Below are positions 13,801 to 24,700 of a DNA stretch of 64,000 nucleotides, in pieces (position 1 is the first letter of the stretch; each line of letters opens with the position of its first letter). This stretch comes from Bugula neritina (Eukaryota > Animalia > Bryozoa). The position numbers and the translations under genes were made by a program. Location of the stretch: NCBI GenBank assembly GCA_964035545.1, contig OZ037773.1:7779751-7843750 (forward strand), given 5' to 3'. The notes below the pieces were generated by a model. That model saw only the letters and a program-made list of their open reading frames with translations. It was not told the origin of the DNA and searched no databases.

Positions 13801-16800
13801 CTAATATATATGATACATAGGTTTCTATTGGTTAATATTACTAATATATGATACACCAATTCCTATTGGTTAGTATTACTAATATATGATACACACGTTC
13901 CTATTGGTTAGTATTACTAATATATGATACACCAATTCCTATTCGTAAACTAAAATTATCTATTCATGATATTGCCAGGTGCGACCCCCGAATACCTTGG
14001 CGGTCATTACATGATACAAGGTGGGTCCAGTTTCCTCCCCGTCATGGCCCTGGCGCCTCAGCAGCACGAGAAAAACCTGGACATGGCGGCAGCTCCAGGC
14101 GGTAAGACTTCCTACATGGCAGCGCTGATGCAGAACACCGGCACCATCGTGGCTAACGACAAGAACAAGGCTAGGTTGAAGGTGAGTATGTAGTGTATAC
14201 TGTGAGTATGTAGTGTATACTGTGAGTATGTAGTGTATACTGTGAGTATGTAGTGGTATTTATTTGTTTATAATTTTCATTTGGTTGTAGGCAGTTATTG
14301 GAAATCTTCATCGAATGGGAATCACAAATTCTGTAATAACTAACTCAGATGGTAAAGATATTATTAAGGTGAATTTATGCAGCAATTTGTAACAACCTTT
14401 TTCTATAGCTGTACTATATTACTATCATCCAATGAATGAAAACTTAGCAAAGACAGTTGATCTTTCAGCATGATGAAATTCAAATTATCTTTTTTCATCA
14501 GAATTGTGATTTGTATTGCATTATCTTTACATTTTATTGTTTATTTATAAAAGGTAGGATTGATTTATGGATTCAACCACAGTTGTCAATTCATTCTTAT
14601 TTGTGCTGGTAAATAACAGCTCATTATTATTAAATTATTTCACGCTAGCATTATTTATTAATTTCTGTTAAAATTGACAAAACACTTTATTGTTTGTTAT
14701 AAACTGAAATTGATTATTTCTCAATGAATTTGTTCCAAGTCAGCCGTAATCATATCTATTACTGACCAGATAGTAGTAACTAGTAACTAGTAACTAGTAT
14801 CTAGTAACTAGTAACTAGTAACTAGTATCTAGTAACTAGTAACTAGTATCTAGTAACTAGTAACTAGTATCTAGTAACTAGTACCTAGTAATTAGTACCT
14901 AGTAGTATTTCACAGTAACCAATGGTTCTGCTCTGTTTCAGTATGCCAATAATTTTGACCGAGTGTTGCTTGATGCACCATGCAGTGGTACTGGAGTTAT
15001 ATCTAAAGACCAATCTGTCAAGGTAAGTTTAACATACAATGTTCTGTGTTTAGAGAAGTAAGTAATAGTAGCATTTAGATATGTGGAGGGTGCCTATTTC
15101 TTGTATAGATGTGTAAACCCTTACGTTATCTATAGATAATTTGTTTGGTTATGAAGGGCTGTATGTTGCATGTCTATAATCTACTTGTGTCAACTATTGG
15201 CTTAGCTGACCTTGTTTCAGCCAGCACTTTTGGTCTCGAAATGCATTCGTGATATTAATTAAACTTTGAAATGGCCATGTTGTGTCCTGAGTGCTAGCTG
15301 TGATGCATTATGGGTATGTTGTTTGATTGCTAGGCTAACAAGGATGAGGTAGACATCGCCAAATGTTCCCAGTTACAGCGTCAGTTGCTACTGACTGCCA
15401 TAGACTGCTGTGATGCTAAGAGTTCCAGTGGAGGGTATATAGTTTACTCTACCTGTTCTATTCTAGTGGAGGAGAATGAGCAGGTATAATATATCTAATA
15501 CTAGCTGTAATATATCTATTACTAGCTGTAATATATCTATTACTAACTGTAATATATCTATTACTACCTGTAATATATCTATTACTAGCTGTAATATATC
15601 TAATACTAGCTGTAATATATCTATTACTAGCTGTAATATATCTAATACTAGCTGTAATATATCTATTACTACCTGTAATATATCTATTACTAGCTGTAAT
15701 ATATCTAATACTAGCTGTAATATATCTATTACTAGCTGTAATATATCTAATACTAGCTGTAATATATCTATTACTAACTGTAATATATCTATTACTACCT
15801 GTAATATATCTAATACTAGCTGTTTTATATCTATTACTAACTGTAATATATATATTACTAACTGTAATATATCTATTACTAGCCGTAATATATCTATTAC
15901 TAACTGCAATATATCTATTACTACCTATAATATATATATATATATGTATATATTACTACCTTAAATATATATAATATTAGCTGTAATATATATATATTAC
16001 TACCTATAATATATGTAATACTACCTATAATACAACTAATACCAACTATAATATATTTAATATTAGCTAATTAGTGAACCCTTGACTGTAATATTGTGTC
16101 ATTTGAGCCAATAAAATGTTTATGCTATTTTTAGATGCCAAATGTTACAAAATAAACTTAAACTAGAAATTATATTTGAAAACTAGAATAGTATTCAGTG
16201 TGTATAGTAAAAAGACTTAAACAATACTACTGCATGTTGTGCTGTTAAGATCTGAAAGATAGGTAGTCTAACTGCTAGAGTTGTCTGCTATACATAAGAC
16301 ATTGTAAAATAAGTCTGAGTTAGGATAGCACTAGGTGATGCCGGCTGGTTGCATTTTGAGTTCATGACCCCATCATTTGTAAACAGGTGATTGACTACGT
16401 GCTGAAGAAAAGAGCTGTAAAACTTGTCTCTACTGGCCTAGATTTTGGTAAAGAAGGATTTAGCCAGTACAAGTACCACAGATTCCACCCATCTCTCAAA
16501 CACACGCGCAGGTAAACAGTCTAAATAGTTGTCAAGTAGAGCAAGTTTAGTAGAGTACTTTATGCTTGATTTTACTGTATAGAGCTTCGTCAATTACTGT
16601 AACGCAAGTCTAGTAAAGTATGTTATATTTGATAGTAAACTCTAAGGATTTGTTTTAACTTTTACAAAAACTTGTCACCCAACATTTAATTTGTTTCATA
16701 TCAAAATATAAGTTGCTGTATTTATATCTACAATATTTCAAACACTCATTGTACACAGCTGACAATTATGAGTTTTCTTACAAAGCCTGGTGTTACAAAT

Positions 16801-17327
16801 ATAAAACATGTGGCTATACCTTCAGATGATAGTTATTTTCTGTAAATGCGTTACGTTAGTGTTGACGGATTTCTGTAGGTTTTACCCGCACACTCACAAC
16901 CTGGATGGGTTCTTTGTTGCAAAACTCAAGAAGTTGGCCAACATAGACGGGGCTGCCGGTGAAGAGGTTACTGATGAGCCTATGGCAGCGGAGCCCATGG
17001 AGACGGTCGACAGCGGACCTGACACGGGTAAGTAGACTTGCTGACCCAAATTCAAGTTTCATGTCTTTGAGTCAGCTTGTGTGACTGTATTTGATGCATA
17101 TTTTCTTAGAATACTCACTTTAGGGTATTTCACATTCATTTATAGAGACCACCGAAGCTGCAACTACAGCTGCCCCTAAATCTAAACCTTCGAAATCATC
17201 TCCAAAGAAAAAGCAGTGGAACAGATTGAAAAAAATTGAGAAAACGAGTCGTCAAAAGAAACTCCAAAGTCGAGAAACCTCTGGTTCAACAGGAAATAAG
17301 AGTAGAAAACGAAAACATTTGAAATAA
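10895..17327 (+). CDS. NOP2: NOP2/NSUN1 28S rRNA m5C methyltransferase. Exons 10895-11225, 11642-11758, 11943-12049, 12225-12341, 12745-12840, 13116-13295, 13652-13790, 13979-14181, 14291-14368, 14942-15022, 15334-15483, 16387-16511, 16879-17027, 17146-17327
   Basis: MGRKL start; [20 protein letters not shown]; [11 protein letters not shown]; [11 protein letters not shown]; [14 protein letters not shown]; [13 protein letters not shown]; [19 protein letters not shown]. Confidence 0.97.
13352..13568. mobile_element. MITE-like element (Tc1/mariner/pogo-like end) in NOP2 intron 6
   Basis: Starts TA-CAGTG; 12-bp perfect inverted repeat TCCATATCTCAC (13363-13374) / GTGAGATATGGA (13547-13558). Confidence 0.5.
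13767..13943 (+). repeat. 38-bp repeat, about 4.6 copies, straddling the NOP2 exon 7 donor
   Basis: Unit TATATGATACACAAGTTCCTATTG|GTTAGTATTACTAA = 24 nt exon + 14 nt intron. Confidence 0.95.
14182..14254 (+). repeat. 20-bp repeat, about 3.7 copies, starting at the NOP2 exon 8 donor
   Basis: (GTGAGTATGTAGTGTATACT)n. Confidence 0.95.
14773..14903 (+). repeat. 7-bp satellite (AGTAACT/AGTATCT)n in NOP2 intron 9
   Basis: About 18 direct copies ending about 40 nt before the acceptor. Confidence 0.9.
15484..15930 (+). repeat. 21-bp minisatellite, about 21 copies, at the NOP2 exon 11 donor; decays to about 16060
   Basis: Unit TAATATATCTATTACTAGCTG beginning at CAG|GTATAATATATCT. Confidence 0.95.
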
Positions 17328-17784
17328 AACTTGACCAACAGTGTTGAGTCAGACTAATATTATAACCCCGGATGCCACCCAGCAGTGCATTGGCAATAGA
17401 ATGGTGGAACTGGACACGTTGTATAGCAGCTAATGAATCAGTTTGTTTTATGGGCTAGTCACCTCCTATTAACGAAGTAGAATATCTTTTTAACTTGAAA
17501 ATTAACAGTGAATTTGCAGATGATATTGATGTACTTTTGGTGGTTTGCATTAAAATCTAACAATTAAATCTAGCAACTGCAACAATTAGCTAATGTAATG
17601 AATGGAATTTAAAGCAATTTTAACAATAATTATAATGATACAAATGTTTTAATACATTAAACCACTATTATTACTTCACAAATTTGTTTTCTTGTTCATT
17701 TCCAGTACATTAAAGTTTTTTATGCAGTAATAAAATGCACTGAAATGTTATAAAACATAGATTCTATTTCTACAATATTGTTTG

Positions 17785-20700
17785 ATGGCTGGTAAGTAGC
17801 TGTACTTCTCAGTAAGACTATATTCCTTTGTACCATACCTAGTAGTAGTATTGTGACCTAATATTTTTTTCGTTGGTGTATCTAAAGCCCGGACACATTT
17901 TCAACTTAAAAATCATATTTATTAATTGAATATTTTTCTCAAGATGAAAATGTGCTTCAGATTAACGCAATAATAACAATTATTATTGCAGCCTAGCAAT
18001 GTAAAATTTCATATTAATTTTGTAATAAATAATATATCGGTGTTACAATAATGAGTTTTAGCCACAAAAATGTAACTATGAAAAGTTGACCGAATTGTTG
18101 CTTAAAGATATTAGTTTATAGCTGGTGCGGTATCATTTTATATTTACCATATATATGTATGTATTAACGTGAAACACTAAATAGATTCTCGGCATTATCA
18201 TGGAACATATTCCCTGTATATAGGTGTGTATTTCAGGGCAACCCCCAACGCGTCCCCAAATACCTTGGGTTGAACAAGCTCAGGCTATACCCGACTGCCC
18301 TCCAGGTTAGTGACCCTCACTAAGAGTGTACTGCTTCAAGTGTTCCACGTACAGAATATGCTCACCCAATACCTAATGCACTAATCCTATGTATATATGT
18401 GTCCTACAGGTCTGGAGTACTTAGCATACGTAGACTGCTTGTTTATTAAACAACAAGTCAGCGTCCTCGAGGCATTCACTGGCTTTGAAGCTGCCAATAA
18501 GTATGAAGTAGTGAACTCTCTTGGACAGCGAGTGTATCTAGCAGTTGAGAGTGAGTAAGACTATGAGTTGCGGCTATGTGTTGGACTACGAGTTTGACTG
18601 TGGTAGTAAAACTCATGTCATGGTGTGTTCTTGTAAGAAACATTCTACTGCCTACCCTGGCAAATTACACACCCTTCAAACATGATTGCCAAGTCACATC
18701 TGTTATGTTTTCACAAACACAAATATACTTTCTACATCAAAAAATTTTGTTCATAAACTGAACATGATTTATGCTCTCCAATTGGAATATTCAGAGTATA
18801 TTTGTTGAATCGTTTCGAAGTTATGCACGAGATATTAATTGTTTGCCAAGTTTAATTTTGTAACTGATAATTTTTTAAACTCTCATCAGAATCTGCTGCA
18901 GTTTGTTTTGAATGTCTTGAATAAGAAGCTTGTATATAATAAACCTACTTCACCCCTTACCTAGACTAACTTAAACAGAACTTTACCCCTTACCTAGACT
19001 AACTTAAACAGAACTTTACCCCTTACCTAGACTAACTTGAACAAAACTTTTGCGCTCAGGTTATTGTATGACTTGTGCTGACTTCTAGTAACTTTACAGA
19101 GACTGACTGCTGCACCAGACAGTGCTGTGGAAACAGCCGGCCGTTTGAGGTCAGCCTGTACGATGCTTACCAACGAGAAGTGCTGAAGGTTAAACGCTAT
19201 TTGCGATGTGATTCTTGTTTCTTTCCTTGCTGTCTGCAGAAGGTAAATTCAATTTCTGTGATATATCCATAATTTTGGAAGTTTCATGCACTTACGCTGT
19301 TATTCTCCACAAGAAGGAAGAAAAACTAGAACTAAAAACTTGGGCAGATACTATATTGGTGATTTCAAAGCTGCAGGCATAAAGTTTTAGTTTCAAAAGT
19401 TGTACTTGGATAAGTTGCATCCTTTTCTTTCAACCAGAGTACATATATAAGCAGTTGAAGAAATTAGACTGATAAAAGTTCTCTCTACAACAACTTTCAA
19501 ATAATATATAACTAGTAGAAGAACAATAATTTGTTTTCTACAACAACTTTCAAATAATATATAACTAGTAGAAGAACAATAATTTGTTTTCTACAATGCC
19601 TCAATCCTTTCAAGTATCTGAATGCTGATTGGTGAAGAGCGGGTGATCCACTCACGTGATCAGATAGTAATATATTGTGATCAGATAGTGATATATTGGG
19701 ATCAGATAGTGATATATTGTGATCAGATGGTAATATATTGTGATCAGATGGTAATGTATTGTGATCAGATGGTAATATATTGTGATCAGATGGTAATATA
19801 TTGTGATCAGGTGGTAGTATATTGTGATCAGGTGGTAATATATTGTGATCAGGTGGTAATGTATTGTGATCAGGTGGTAATATATTGTGATCAGGTGGTA
19901 ATATATTGTGATCAGATAGTGATATATTGTGATCAGGTGGTAATATATTGTGATCAGGTGGTAATATATTGTGATGAGATGGTAATATATTGTGATCAGG
20001 TGGTAATATATTAGATAATACTCAGGTGGATATTCTAACGCCGAATGACCAACTAATTGGAAGTGTGAAACAGACGTGGAGTATTTGTGTTCCAAATTAC
20101 AAAGTCCGTGATGCGCAGGAGAACAATGTGCTGGCTATAACGGGCCCTTTCTGTACCAGCTCGTGTTGTGGAGATGTGGAGTTTGAGGTGTGTGTTACAG
20201 TTAAGATTTTGATTTTATAAAAATTATAACTGGAAAAGTTTAGTGGAAAAAGTTTTGTCCAAATATTTTCTTGATCCAATCAATAATCCAGGAAATAGTT
20301 TGGGCAAAACCCTCAGAAAAATATTTTTGTCTTTTTCCATATTCAACGACACATTTTTCTTGAAGGCACTCTGAACTTACTAATGTACACATGGGGGGGG
20401 GGGGGTGTATAAGTTGGTGTTATAACAAAATCGTAACTAGCATTATTCGCTAGACCAGTTTTACTTTAGATATTAAGCACTCACGGAGACATTAAAATTG
20501 GCACTCTATCTAAATTATATTCCGGAGTGATAAAGGAAGCATTCACAGATGCCGATAATTTCCGAGTAACTTTTCCAATGGATTTGAATGTTTCAACAAA
20601 AGCTAGTCTGCTGGGAGCAGCCTTGTTGATTGTAAGTTTAATCATTGTGTTATTGTTACATATAAGTATAGTTTTTATTATATTATAATAAAAACATTAT

Positions 20701-21024
20701 ATTCATTGTATGACTATTGATACATATAAATATAGTTATTCTATAATTATTATATGTAAGCATATTTTAATATACGACTATTAATGCATATTATAAGAAT
20801 AGTTATTGTTATTACATCAAAAAATTAAAGAACTTGGGCTATCTCAATTTCTCTACTTCTGCACCTAATTGTAAACATGGCTCCCATTAAAAAGGCATGT
20901 CCTCCGTTCCTAATTTTTTGATATTTTGTTATAATCTCAGTTAAATATGTTTTATTTTCAGGATTTCATGTTCTTTGAGAAGGAGCAAGGTCAAGGAACA
21001 GATGGTATTGGGATGATAGCCTGA
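17785..21024 (+). CDS. PLSCR: Phospholipid scramblase family protein, about 248 aa. Exons 17785-17791 (inferred start), 18237-18305, 18410-18550, 19100-19242, 20026-20187, 20470-20631, 20962-21024
   Basis: [62 protein letters not shown] motifs. The 7-nt first coding exon is inferred from ATGGCTG|GTAAGT and phase match. Confidence 0.93.
18952..19050 (+). repeat. 33-bp repeat, 3 copies, in PLSCR intron 3
   Basis: CCCCTTACCTAGACTAACTTAAACAGAACTTTA; contains branch-point-like ACTAAC. Confidence 0.85.
19656..20012 (+). repeat. 21-bp minisatellite, about 17 copies, abutting the PLSCR exon 5 acceptor
   Basis: Unit GTGATCAGGTGGTAATATATT; real junction is CTCAG|GTGGATATT. Confidence 0.95.
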
Positions 21025-21564
21025 GAACCAAGATAATTTCTATTCTGAGACTGTACAATATGTATATCACATGTGATTAACCTAATAAATGTTGTACACT
21101 GTCCTGGAACAAAGGCTACTTGTGTTACACTAATTCTTTGGAAAGTGAAAATAAATTTATATGAAAATAAATGAAGTTGAGTTTACAATAAAGTTTTTTA
21201 TTGAAAGCAACTAAACACAAGTAATTAGACTAAATACTAACACCAACAGTTTGAAGTAACACTCTGTATGTATGGCAGACTATAAAATAAATATGTAAAC
21301 TAACCGCTTAAAGAGCATAAGTTAAAATAACAGGAAGTATCAAAGGAATACAAAATGTAGAAAATGTAATCATCAAAAACTGTAGAGTTGATGGGCTGTA
21401 AAAAATCAAACTAAAAGATGGAGTAACACTTCTCACTCACGTCTTGTGAACAGGTAGTAGATATCTGCAGATAAATACTCGTGCACATTCTGCAGATAAC
21501 TGTTTGCGTTAATCAGAGAGAAGAATGAAGCTAATGTTTAGGTTGTTGTGCAGAAGAAACTAGT

Positions 21565-21696
21565 AGCTTCACTACCGACAGAAGGCAGCTTGACTACCTA
21601 CAGAGGGCAGTTTCACTACCTACAGAGGATAGCTCTAGTACCTACAGAGGGCAGCTTTAGTACCTACAGAGGGTAGCTTCACCACCTACAGAGGGT
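21565..21696 (-). repeat. 22-bp repeat, 6 copies, immediately after the FAM161A stop codon (3'UTR)
   Basis: Plus-strand unit ~AGCTTCACTACCTACAGAGGGC. Confidence 0.85.
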
Positions 21697-21703
21697 ACGC
21701 CTG

Positions 21704-24700
21704 CTACGCCATTTCTAGCACCTGCTCAGGAATACTCTCAGCTTCACTGTAGTCTTCATCAGAAAGTCCGGTGTCTTCTTTAGTGAATGTGTTACTGTGT
21801 GTAGAAGAGATCAATGTAAATACACCATCTATTGTGAGTTTACTATGTACTAGTAGTAATGTGAGTACACTATGTATGTACTAGTAGTACTGAGAGTGTA
21901 CTAGTAGTACTGTGAGTGTACTATGTATGTACTAGTAGTACTGTGAGTGTACTAGTAGTACTGAGAGTATACTAGTAGTACTGTGAGTACACTATGTATG
22001 TACTAGTAGCACTGAGAGTGTACTAGTAGCACTGAGAGTGTACTAGTAGATCTACTCACCTATAAGAATAGTCCTTCTCATGAGCCGATCTGACTGACGC
22101 TGACTTGGGTGATGCAATGCTGCCGCTACCAGAATTAAAGTCAGCTCGTCTGCAACACAAAGTGTATGCGTGACATCGGAGCAGCACTGTCTCAGCACAT
22201 TATGACAGCAACTAATAATCTTTTTACTATTCAATATTATATATACACTCCCCACAGCTGCACACGACAGGCTATAAAAATGGCTACGGGGCTCCCAACA
22301 ATCATAATACGCTCACAGAGACAGTCAGCTGCACGAAATGACACACAACGCCCTAGCTAAAGACTGAGGAGTAACCTCCACCTGTTTGGAGACTTGTAAG
22401 ATCCTTCTTTGTCACTATCATCCTCCCTCCCTCTCTCCATAAGTCTGGGAGAAACACCAGCCTTGGATAATGTTTCATTGTATCTCCTTTCAGCCCTGTC
22501 GCGTGCCATTTTCTGCACATAAAAACAACATGTAAAGTTTTCAACTGACGTCTTGCCTTTACCAATGAACTCAGACTATAAACTAAATGTGAGATACTGT
22601 GTAACTAGTAAAGTGGCCGTGAGTATTATACTGTGTAATTTACCTGTGAGTATAAAACCAGACTAGTAGATTACCTGCGTAGTTCTCTCAAACAGCAGAG
22701 GTCGTCCGCTCACTCTATCCTGCATTTCCTTTATAGAGCGCCGGTATTCCTCGGCACGAGCTTTCTCTTCTTGTCTATAAAACAATCACACCATTCTGCA
22801 TCACCATATCTATTGATATTCTGAGTGTATAATTGTCAATAGCACTGACAATTCCCAATATAGCGTCAGATGACTTGTGAATATGTATATACATGGAAAT
22901 AGAATAGTCATGCTATTGTAATAAAGTGACTATTTTAGGAAACCTATGTGACTACATACATACTACTTTTCTAGCATCAGTTTGCTTACAATGTCAATGC
23001 TAAAATAGCCCTAAAAATTATGTCTGCGTATTGTCAGCACATGTATACAAGAAATGATATTAAAGATGGTGAGTGCGTGTTAGCTGGTTCCTCTACCAGC
23101 AGAGAAATTTGTAAATCCTACAGTTACTTTAAACAGCTACATTACAGGCATGCTAAGAATCTTAATACATACACACTACAGGTAACACAACTCCTGCATA
23201 CCTGACTTGCAGACGTCTCTCTTCGCTGCGATCTACCAGGCCATACTGAATGTCATTGGCTGCAGCCTTCTCCATCACCTCGCTTTTCAGCTTCTTAACT
23301 TTCTGTCGTCGTTTCCGTTCGGCTTCGAGACGACTCAGCTCTCTCTTCATTTCCTCCATAGTTTTCTGTTTGACCACCGACTTCCTCAACTCAGAAGATT
23401 GCGTAGACATACTTGGCATACGATCTGCAGAGGTCACTGCCGAGGACAACTTGCCAATGTTAGATGGCTTCGTACGACTGTTCTTGTATGGCCATCTTGT
23501 CTCTGGAAGATGTCGCTCATCATCCTCCATATCCTCGTGTATCCTATCCTTATTGGACAGAATACGAGAAGTTCTCAGATTGAACGGCTGCGTTACTGTA
23601 GCCTCCTTTGTTGAGCTGCTAGCCAGTTTTCTAGCCAGTCTACGGTGAGCCTCGTCGAAATCGGGGGCGTCACCGGTAATCTTGGGTCTGAAGGTTGGCT
23701 CCGAAGATATTCCAAGCCCCCGCAGTTCCCGAGCCAGACGCTTTATTCTGTTGAGTTCTTTAGACTTCTCCCTAGCATCCATACTGGGGGGCAACCTGCT
23801 CTCTCTCAGCAACTCCTCGGCTCTCATCCTCACTCTGATCTTTCTGTACTCTTCCTCCTCGGCCAGTCTCTCCGCTATTTCTTCATCCAACTAAAGTATA
23901 GTTCACACTACAGTGACGGGTCTGACGCAACATGGTAAATGTAAAGTGATTATACTGCCCAATGCCTTCACACATAATTCACAGTAACTTATTTATACAT
24001 ATTCATTATTTTACATAAAAAATTAAAGCTGTGATTGGATTGCCATACTATAGTATAGAACTGTCTATTATAATGAGCACAGCACTAAGCTATAATATTA
24101 ATGCATTTCTATGGTGTTGTTTGTCATAAAATTTTTATCTGCTTTTGACGTTTCTACAAAAAATACAGCCATAGGTTCTTGTGTAAAATACCAAGGTTAA
24201 CATAAGGACTCACCACTTTTGGTACAGGATTAGCTTTGAAAGTGTTGGTCTTCTTTTGAGCAGGTTTACCTTTGTATAATGCCTCGTTAGCCTTCTGTCT
24301 CTGCTTGGCTTGCTCTCTTTGATAAAACTTAAATGGCTTCTCGATAGATCTAACATATGAAAAATTGTTTTTATTCAAATAATTTGCAAATCTTCAAATA
24401 TTTATAACAATTATTATTAATTAACAGATACGAGACAAAAATTGAGCACTGTACAGTTTCCATCACCACACAAGATAGGAATACCTAAGAAGTTCTTCTC
24501 TGTAGTCATGATTTAGTCTGCGCTTAGTCTCTTGCTGCTCTGCAATTTCATCATACAATGGCAGGTAGATATGGGCGGGTGCCGGGCTAGCTTTGAACTT
24601 TTTAGCCAATTCTGCTTCTTCAGCTTTTTTCTCTTCAAGTCTTTTCTGTTCCAACTCTTCCTGTGCCTAATAAATAAATATAACGAGTATGACTACTTGA

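Noticed and set aside
12415-15300. C/D-box snoRNA candidates in NOP2 introns (ATGATGA at 12421 and about 12916; CTGA with an inverted repeat at about 15218-15300)
   Set aside because: C and D boxes are not paired with a terminal stem at plausible spacing, and no rRNA antisense element was recognised.
15463-15964. 148-aa and 162-aa ORFs ((LQLVIDI)n and (CNISITS)n)
   Set aside because: Translations of a 21-bp intronic minisatellite inside NOP2; no coding evidence.
23207-23938. Several plus-strand ORFs of 70-135 aa
   Set aside because: Antisense shadows of the large FAM161A exon.
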